Below are positions 60,001 through 64,000 of a stretch of DNA of 64,000 nt, one piece after another. The DNA lies in contig JANJGN010000034.1 of NCBI GenBank assembly GCA_026770705.1, positions 7,316,001 to 7,380,000 of the forward strand. The letters run 5' to 3'. The number at the start of each line of letters is the position of its first letter. The first letter of the stretch is position 1. Under the pieces are notes generated by a model, which worked only from the letters and a program-made list of their open reading frames with translations, had not been told where the DNA came from and ran no database searches. Origin of the DNA: Isurus oxyrinchus. Taxonomy: Eukaryota. The position numbers were made by a program, and so were the translations under genes.

Positions 60001-61965
60001 TACCTGCTTTTCCAAAACGCAGCTCATGATCTAAGGACATCACAAAGTGCTTTGAAGCTGACAAAGTAAATTTGAGGCGTGGTTGGTTGAGTAATATCGG
60101 AATCTCGGGATCGAATTAGCGCAAAGAAATCCCCCTCAACAAGAAATATGACAATGGAAAATCATCTATTTTAATTGCTTAATTGACTCTTACATATTGG
60201 CCACTGCAATTCCGAGATACTTCCAAGTGGTTTTATTCGCCCAACTGATTGGATATGTTTAAAGTTTAATCGAAAAGATTGCAACTCCAAAAGTGCAGCA
60301 TTCACTCCCGATTCACCCTTCGGCATCGCACAATTACTACAGGACTGCCCTCTGACTCTGCAGCACATCCTTACCATTGCATTGCATTGCCAGTCCAGAT
60401 TAGTAGTCACTGGAGAGGGATTCAGAAACCACAACCTTACGCTTCAGATGCCTCAATGAAACAGCATGAGCCAAAGTTGACGCATCAGCTTGATTGGCAA
60501 CCCGGCCATCTCTTTCAACATTCATTCCTTCTATCACAGACGCACAGTGGTAGCTGTGTGTACCATCTACTAAATGCATGGCAGCAACTCATCAAGGCTC
60601 TTTCGACAAATCATTCCAAACACTCAACCCCCACCACCTAGATGGATAACGGTAGCAGAGACATGGGAACACAACCAAGTGCACCTCAGCCACAAATCAT
60701 CCTTACCTAGAACTATATCGCCGTACCTTAAATTTCGCCGGTCAAAATCCTGGAACTCCTTTGCTAACAGCACTATGGATGTTTCAACAGCAGATGGACA
60801 GCAGACGTTCAGGGAGGCAGCGCACACCAGCTTCTCAAGGGGATTCGGTGGTAAATACTGGTCAAACCAGCAACGCCCACATCCCGTGACAGATACTATT
60901 TTTTTAAGCTGTATCAACAAACGATGGGGAATGTAATGCAAAGGCAAGAGGAGTGGACGTTCATGTAAATCATGAACACAACATAGGCCATCAAGAGATT
61001 GGGAATGCTTTGTAAATAGTAATATTGCTGCCTTTTGCTTTAATGGATGGGGATTGGATTTATCTTCAATATATTTACCTTCTCTATTGCCAAGAAACAG
61101 ATGAGGCTTTACGTGAAAAGACTGCAGGTAATACATTGAAACGCTGAATTTCTGATTTCTGAGCACTTTGGGGAAAGCGTTGGTGATACCAGGCAAAGTT
61201 GCTACACGATATGCTGCCCATGGTTCACACTGTGACAGAGTTGCGCTCCTGCTGTATAAGGTTTCAGTGGGTTACAACATGAAGGGAAAATGTTCCACCT
61301 GGTCTTACCGATTCTTGAGAGGAAAAGGTTAAGTCAAATTGAGAAGTGGACTATTATGATCACATCATTGGCTAGGATTGATAGCCAGTCAACAATCTAA
61401 TGATTTAAATTGAAGTTGCAACTTTGATCACAGTGTGCCTAATATTGGGCAAAGCGTAAGGTAACAATATAATAATGGAGCAGTAAAGAGGCAGAATTAA
61501 ACAAAGAACTTAAGAATTTCAGCAAAAAAGGCGGTGGTATAAAGGACTGTTAAAAAAGGGTCAAGAGATATCCGCTCCCATAGAAGAGAGAAAACAAGCT
61601 GACGGATGTTTGAGGAGAATAGAGGAGACAGTAATCTCCCAGCGCCAATAGTTCTGCTGTTCCAAAATAATATTAAAATAACACTTTTACTGAGAGACTC
61701 ACCGTGTGCAGCACAACCACCCACACCCCCACAATACCCCGACATTCCATAAATATACCTCACTTTAAAGCGGATAACAAATTCAGTGGCAACACCCAAA
61801 GGACTGGTGAGATGTTGAGGGCGAAAACTAAGGACCGTATATATTCTTTTTTCACTCAAAGGTTTTATAACAGCTAAAGACGTTCCTTTTCTCTCTCCAG
61901 AAATTGCGACTCTGAAGAAGTCTCTGAGTGCAGCAGGTCAGAGAAAAACTAAAACATATGGCATA

Positions 61966-62002
<37 letters not shown>

Positions 62003-63553
62003 CGCGTAAATATATTTATATAGATAGATAAATAGATGGACAGGCAGATACACAGACAGATAGACAGAGATATAGAGAGATAGTTAGTAAGGCATGCAGG
62101 TAGTTATGTACTTAGGTAGATAGTTGTCTGTTTAAGAGGCCTCATAATATTTTAGCTTATTTCAATATGTGGAATTCGCTCCCACAAGGAGCAGCACGAG
62201 CTGAAAAGCATAGATGCATTTACATGAAAGCTGGACAACTACACACTATGTAATTATTAGAGTTAACAATGATGCTGCAATATATTTTAACCGTTCATGA
62301 GATGCAGAAGTCGCTTTCAAGGTGCCCGTGCCTAATGAACACCTTGACAGAGGTGGTGAGCCGCCTTCTTGAACAGCTGCAGTCTTCTGGTGTATTTTGT
62401 TAGAAGTGGGTCAATTTGTTCCTCCGCCAAATCCATAGAGACTGCGGCACTAGCATTTCAGGGCATACACCACATCAATGGCTGTGATCGTCTTACGTTT
62501 GGCCTGCTCCATGTAGGTGACCGCATCTCTGAAGAAGTTTCCAGAATACCCTTCAGTATCCTGTGGGGCTCCTCGTAGATCAGACCCAAAACCCGCTTGA
62601 CACCGCCACGGGCTGGTTTGATGATGCCCGGGATCTTCTGGAGTGGGTTCACCTAATGCTTAATTATGGCGGCATTTCAGGATTATCCCAGCCACATTCA
62701 CTTCACGTAACGATGACATCTTTCCAACTCAGCCTTGTGTATGATTTGGAGTGGAATTTCAAGCTGATGGTGCTTTCATGCCCTTGTTTCTCTTGTTGAT
62801 CTAGACATTGGACAACCCTTGCTCGGAAAGTGTTGTCAATTGATGTTGCAGAGTTGTTGGAGTGCCTCTTGCAAATGATACACAGTGTGTGTCGAATTTG
62901 GTGGCAATGAGTTCTTGAAGTCATTGGAGTGACAGTCCAGTGCGATCTTTTGGCCTTGGTGGTGTCGAGCACTGTCAGTTTTGGTTCAGTTGTAATCATC
63001 CAGTCAAGCGGGACCATCCAATCACATCCATGGTTTGTGACCAGCAAATGGTGCACTGTGATTTGGCAGTCACAAGGTGATTTACTTGCCTCAGAATATT
63101 TTGACCTTTTCTTGCGGACACAATATGTTCTGCCTCATTCAACTTTGTTGTTTACAATCCTAAATTTTGCAATTAAATTAAATTAAACTTTTGCAATGCT
63201 AAACGTGTTAGCAGTTAAGGGTTCCACAACTGTGATGGTATTCAACATTAAAGAGGTGTGGCTTTCACTCCCTCTCAGGCCCACTGCCAGACCTATGTTT
63301 TACCCCGTATTTATATACATTTCGTTTTGCTAGTGCATAGAATAAATACAATCCAATAAAACACATATAGCTATATATTGCTGCTTAATTTCTGTACATC
63401 CGCACACATTCATTTGTCCTAAAACATCAGAGAAGTGTTTATTGCAACAAATATGTTTCTTTATTGACCACCTGCGAAATATCTCCACGCTGAACCATTC
63501 TTTTTCTCTCTTATTAAAATTAACAGAGGGGAAGCTGGCCAATATAACGAAAG
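3448..63553 (+). CDS. Internal portion of a micro-exon gene encoding a long coiled coil of 21-aa (3-heptad) units; 18 exons, 558 nt, 186 aa, incomplete at both ends
   Basis: Spliced phase-1 translation: [186 protein letters not shown]. No stops in this frame, while several exons carry stops in frame 0. Only two exon sizes, AG acceptors and GT/GC donors. Introns are 993-9802 nt. Confidence 0.88.
3740..5510 (-). mobile_element. Decayed RTE-clade LINE (APE endonuclease to start of RT)
   Basis: Minus-strand motifs RLTL...[11 protein letters not shown] (about 5280-5340) and [12 protein letters not shown] (ORF 4525..4848), typical of RTE ORF; many stops. Confidence 0.75.
5874..5900 (+). CDS. Micro-exon E2, 27 nt, GLKLSRKDT
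   Basis: Acceptor atgtttcaattag, donor gtaaat; fits 27-nt class pattern (hydrophobic position 4, KD at 7-8). Confidence 0.75.
6450..7165 (+). mobile_element. CR1 LINE 3' fragment
   Basis: ORF 6819..7082 contains [11 protein letters not shown]...[10 protein letters not shown] (CR1 ORF2 C-terminus); ends in ttctaagattcta tail. Confidence 0.85.
7300..8060. mobile_element. CR1 fragments (RT part on +, 3' end on -)
   Basis: [15 protein letters not shown]...WIARWL on +; [16 protein letters not shown] on -. Confidence 0.7.
8490..9160 (+). mobile_element. CR1 LINE 3' fragment
   Basis: Degenerate ORF2 C-terminal and 3' UTR sequence shared with other CR1 copies in the window. Confidence 0.7.
9425..9705. 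repeat. Compound (CT)n/(CA)n microsatellite with embedded ACAGAAACATTGAC minisatellite unit
   Basis: Five copies of cagaaacattgac separated by variable (CA) runs at about 9497-9625, plus degenerate copies. Confidence 0.95.
10676..10711 (+). CDS. Micro-exon E3, 36 nt, [12 protein letters not shown]
   Basis: Acceptor gttttaatcccccag, donor AG/gtacat; Leu at 5 and 9 as in the 36-nt class. Confidence 0.75.
11285..11945. mobile_element. Fragments of an abundant non-LTR retroelement 3' end ('family B' in this report)
   Basis: Shares caaggctccttc..cagcaccttccaa / caaaatcctggaactc motifs with copies at 14530, 29990, 52730, 58975 and 60440. Confidence 0.65.
12900..13420 (-). mobile_element. CR1 LINE 3' fragment
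   Basis: Reverse complement of CR1 3' motifs (ttgaatttgcttccaccgcctttcag). Confidence 0.65.
13588..13614 (+). CDS. Micro-exon E4, 27 nt, DQALAKKDK
   Basis: Acceptor ctttgttcctattag, consensus donor AG/gtgagt; paralogous to E8. Confidence 0.9.
14530..14830 (+). mobile_element. Family B non-LTR 3' end
   Basis: ggacaagggc...aacaccatcacctgcaggtttccctccaagccacac...gcaattagggaagggtaataaatgctggcc; near-identical segments recur more than 8 times in the window. Confidence 0.8.
15199..15234 (+). CDS. Micro-exon E5, 36 nt, [12 protein letters not shown]
   Basis: Acceptor ttcccattttcctaacag, donor gtgagt; paralogous to E9 (LEKLRK). Confidence 0.9.
18391..18417 (+). CDS. Micro-exon E6, 27 nt, EESVSTKNK
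   Basis: Acceptor ccttgttcattacag, donor AG/gtaagc. Confidence 0.87.
18490..19620 (-). mobile_element. CR1 LINE 3' fragment
   Basis: ORF 18654..18923 (-) [26 protein letters not shown] matches the CR1 FSLExRRLRGDLIEVYKI motif. Confidence 0.85.
20040..22690 (+). mobile_element. CR1 LINE (RT to 3' end) interrupted by an about 1.27-kb insertion at about 20676-21945
   Basis: CR1 sequence breaks after cattttggtaggaag...gacaatatcat and resumes at taaaataaagtgtaaaattctaaag; ORF 22119..22334 [16 protein letters not shown]. Confidence 0.75.
23630..23765. mobile_element. Penelope-associated terminal repeat fragment (same family as the hairpins at 28187 and 44668; also about 8115-8235 and 12390-12490)
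   Basis: tactgcagttgctggaaatctgaaataaaaatagggaatgctgaaagaacccagcaggtc...tttcgagtc. Confidence 0.6.
24462..24497 (+). CDS. Micro-exon E7, 36 nt, [12 protein letters not shown]
   Basis: Long polypyrimidine acceptor tttttttcttattccttctctgtag, donor AG/gtgagc. Confidence 0.92.
25791..25817 (+). CDS. Micro-exon E8, 27 nt, EQEMAKKDR
   Basis: Acceptor ttcctattag (last 10 nt identical to E4 acceptor), donor AG/gtaatg. Confidence 0.88.
26848..26883 (+). CDS. Micro-exon E9, 36 nt, [12 protein letters not shown]
   Basis: Pyrimidine tract ctctttcctgttctcccactcctgccccaag (AAG acceptor), donor gtgagc. Confidence 0.87.
26930..27335 (+). mobile_element. Relatively young CR1 3' end
   Basis: ORF 26910..27242 [13 protein letters not shown]...[12 protein letters not shown]; ends in ctgtgattctgtgatt tail. 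Confidence 0.9.
28187..28385. mobile_element. Palindromic Penelope-associated insertion with 13-bp TSD inside an L2-like fragment
   Basis: 85-bp arms 28186-28270 and 28271-28355 with 2 mismatches and no loop, plus a 30-nt unpaired tail; flanks tattcagactcta / tattcaaactcta. Confidence 0.85.
29157..29183 (+). CDS. Micro-exon E10, 27 nt, EQKLLIEGK
   Basis: Acceptor ttcatgtccattttag, donor AG/gtaaaa. Confidence 0.8.
29990..30690 (+). mobile_element. Family B non-LTR 3' fragment
   Basis: Matches the 14530-14830 and 46590-47830 copies. Confidence 0.8.
30700..31740 (-). mobile_element. CR1 LINE fragment
   Basis: Reverse complement of CR1 ORF2 (accagaaccacacatagtac..., ctttcctgaatagtgggattac). 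Confidence 0.65.
31895..32912 (+). mobile_element. L2-like 3' fragment followed by CR1 3' end
   Basis: [21 protein letters not shown] (L2-type LHWLPV..RIDFKILLL motif) then [17 protein letters not shown] (CR1). Confidence 0.75.
33775..33801 (+). CDS. Micro-exon E11, 27 nt, ALRINNESK
   Basis: Acceptor ctcttcttgttcaatttag, donor AG/gtaaga; breaks the 36/27 alternation. Confidence 0.78.
34397..34425. repeat. Poly-C run (29 nt)
   Basis: Seen directly. Confidence 0.97.
34530..36900 (-). mobile_element. Decayed CR1 LINE with a + strand CR1 3' end nested at about 36340-36590
   Basis: ORF 34659..34958 (-) [31 protein letters not shown]; nested copy ends in acaattctgtgattctgtg. Confidence 0.7.
38929..40081. 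mobile_element. Candidate solo LTR (about 1.15 kb) inserted in a SINE-like repeat
   Basis: Starts TGTGA and ends TCACA(ACA); AATAAA near 39917; splits the host motif aaggaca/..agtgaac; TSD only 3 of 4 matching. Confidence 0.4.
40511..40537 (+). CDS. Micro-exon E12, 27 nt, DEQVQKLQR
   Basis: Acceptor ctttctctcattttattacag, donor gtaagt. Confidence 0.85.
41953..42043. repeat. (TC)n then (TA)n microsatellite
   Basis: Seen directly. Confidence 0.97.
42608..42643 (+). CDS. Micro-exon E13, 36 nt, [12 protein letters not shown]
   Basis: Acceptor ttgattctttcag, donor gtgagt; paralogous to E9 (KLQD). Confidence 0.9.
43745..44230 (-). mobile_element. Decayed Penelope-like element 3' part, related to 1060-1985
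   Basis: Reverse complement of the GIY-YIG C-terminal region (ctttgcagacagaaggaacatg) and terminal cttttcgtcttgc motif. Confidence 0.6.
44668..44805. mobile_element. Second palindromic Penelope-associated insertion with 14-bp TSD inside a CR1 3' end (44510-45060)
   Basis: Perfect 48-bp arms 44668-44715 and 44722-44769, 6-nt loop cagcat, unpaired tail; flanks atgaggaaaaactt / atggggaaaaactt. Confidence 0.85.
46590..47830 (+). mobile_element. Family B non-LTR element, internally deleted (endonuclease region plus 3' end)
   Basis: GDFN-like gggacttcaatg and [15 protein letters not shown] (APE C-terminal LDL motif), then family B tail. Confidence 0.65.
48813..48839 (+). CDS. Micro-exon E14, 27 nt, EEKLQLKVN
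   Basis: Acceptor ttctttttgttcacacag, donor gtgagt. Confidence 0.9.
48980..50745 (+). mobile_element. Long decayed CR1 LINE (RT to 3' end)
   Basis: YLDFQIAFD-like tatctggattttcaaattgcgttcgataac; [10 protein letters not shown] (FADDTKL motif) in ORF 49499..49759. Confidence 0.85.
50925..51325 (+). mobile_element. CR1 3' end
   Basis: [22 protein letters not shown]. Confidence 0.85.
51336..51410 (+). pseudogene. Decayed tRNA-Leu-like sequence
   Basis: GGCACTGTGGCCGAGTAATCTAAGG...TCCAGTCT...GTTCAAATCCC aligns by eye to vertebrate tRNA-Leu (GGTAGCGTGGCCGAGCGGTCTAAGGCGCTGGA...TCCAGTCTC...GGTTCGAATCCC); anticodon and acceptor stems broken. Confidence 0.65.
52545..53410. mobile_element. Family B 3' end on - strand with a + strand family B copy nested at about 52730-53035
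   Basis: The minus copy breaks at ccagcagtgatatc and resumes at atatatacagttccaagtcaggatg. Confidence 0.75.
54240..54410 (+). mobile_element. tRNA-headed Deu-domain-type SINE fragment
   Basis: gtggctcagtgg (A-box-like) followed by ggctgacact...cactgagggaatgct...tgtcagaggtgctg...cagatg; family assignment from memory. Confidence 0.5.
54650..57835 (+). mobile_element. Long decayed CR1 LINE ORF2
   Basis: ORF 56240..56608 [14 protein letters not shown]...[16 protein letters not shown]...[14 protein letters not shown]; [12 protein letters not shown] in ORF 56864..57046. Confidence 0.92.
55025..55850 (-). mobile_element. Relatively young CR1 3' end nested in the older CR1
   Basis: ORF 55196..55408 (-) [20 protein letters not shown]; agaatcacagaatcacag tail; same subfamily as 26930-27335. 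Confidence 0.9.
58642..58677 (+). CDS. Micro-exon E15, 36 nt, [12 protein letters not shown]
   Basis: Acceptor ttcactttttaattccag, donor gtaagc. Confidence 0.87.
58975..59295 (+). mobile_element. Family B non-LTR 3' end (another copy at about 60440-60895)
   Basis: Well-preserved match to 14530-14830. Confidence 0.8.
59671..59697 (+). CDS. Micro-exon E16, 27 nt, ENKLKEKVK
   Basis: Acceptor ttctctgccctctcaacag, donor AG/gtaaat; similar to E14 (E.KL..KV). Confidence 0.88.
61901..61936 (+). CDS. Micro-exon E17, 36 nt, [12 protein letters not shown]
   Basis: Acceptor ttccttttctctctccag, donor CAG/gtcaga. Confidence 0.87.
61963..62090. repeat. (TA)n and (GATA/GACA)n microsatellite
   Basis: Seen directly, starting about 27 nt downstream of exon E17. 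Confidence 0.95.
62395..62633 (-). pseudogene. H4: 5'-truncated histone H4 retrocopy inserted in a family B element (about 62310-62930)
   Basis: Minus-strand translation [66 protein letters not shown] matches H4 from about residue 27 to the C-terminus, with a deletion, a frameshift and a stop; flanked by tcttctggtgta / tcttctggagtg. Confidence 0.93.
63527..63553 (+). CDS. Micro-exon E18, 27 nt, EGKLANITK (GC donor)
   Basis: Acceptor ttctttttctctcttattaaaattaacag, donor AAG/gcaagt, the typical context of a GC-AG intron. Confidence 0.78.
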
Positions 63554-64000
63554 GCAAGTACCCATACAACCACGGGGAGGGGCTTGTTGCATATGCTAAC
63601 TTGCCTATTGTGCATAATCGATCATTCCGCGTTACAAAAACCAATTAATTTCATTTCCAGTAGTGCGGCCTCCTGTAATTTGATTCTGGAAGATTCTTTA
63701 GATTTTGAGTGGAGGCAGAAAAAAGGGTTTTGTGTCGGGATCTTATTTTCATTGATAGCAACAATGGAAATTAAACGCAAGTAATGGACATCACGTGTGA
63801 TATTTTATGGCCTGGTCATGCCGGCGGGGCCATAACATGTGGCGAGCTGTTCAAAAGCCCATTGGCGTTGGCATCGCCGGAATCAGAAATTCTCGCTGGC
63901 GTGTGGCTCCAAACAGGTGGGCTATCGGCAATTGCCTCTTGAAGGAAAGTTCTATTAGTTGCGGGGTTGGGGGCGGAGGAAGGTGGCGGCGTGTTGCAGC

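Noticed and set aside
1-64000. Prokaryotic-type systems (CRISPR array, operon, defence island)
   Set aside because: The sequence is eukaryotic intronic DNA; there are no long ORFs or repeat-spacer arrays, and the 9.5-kb repeat has low-complexity CA spacers.

Overview
AT-rich vertebrate genomic DNA. The repeat content (dense decayed CR1 LINEs plus L2, RTE, Penelope-like elements and Deu-type SINEs) suggests a cartilaginous fish; this is an inference from repeat appearance only. None of the listed ORFs is a real gene: most are LINE debris, microsatellite or chance. The main signal is a single + strand gene that appears as 18 micro-exons spread over about 60 kb (3448-63553). All are flanked by AG and GT/GC splice sites, all are phase 1-1, and all are exactly 36 nt (8 exons) or 27 nt (10 exons), almost strictly alternating. 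Each 36+27 pair encodes 21 aa (three heptads), and the spliced 558 nt read as an uninterrupted 186-aa Lys/Glu/Leu-rich coiled coil. The start, end and any globular domains lie outside the window, so the gene family cannot be named. Butyrophilin/B-G-like heptad tails or a CD23/tetherin-like stalk are the leading hypotheses. The introns also hold a 5'-truncated histone H4 retrocopy with a target-site duplication (TSD), two near-perfect hairpin insertions of a Penelope-associated repeat with TSDs, a decayed tRNA-Leu, a candidate solo LTR and several microsatellites. Repeat boundaries are by-eye estimates; exon coordinates were counted base by base.
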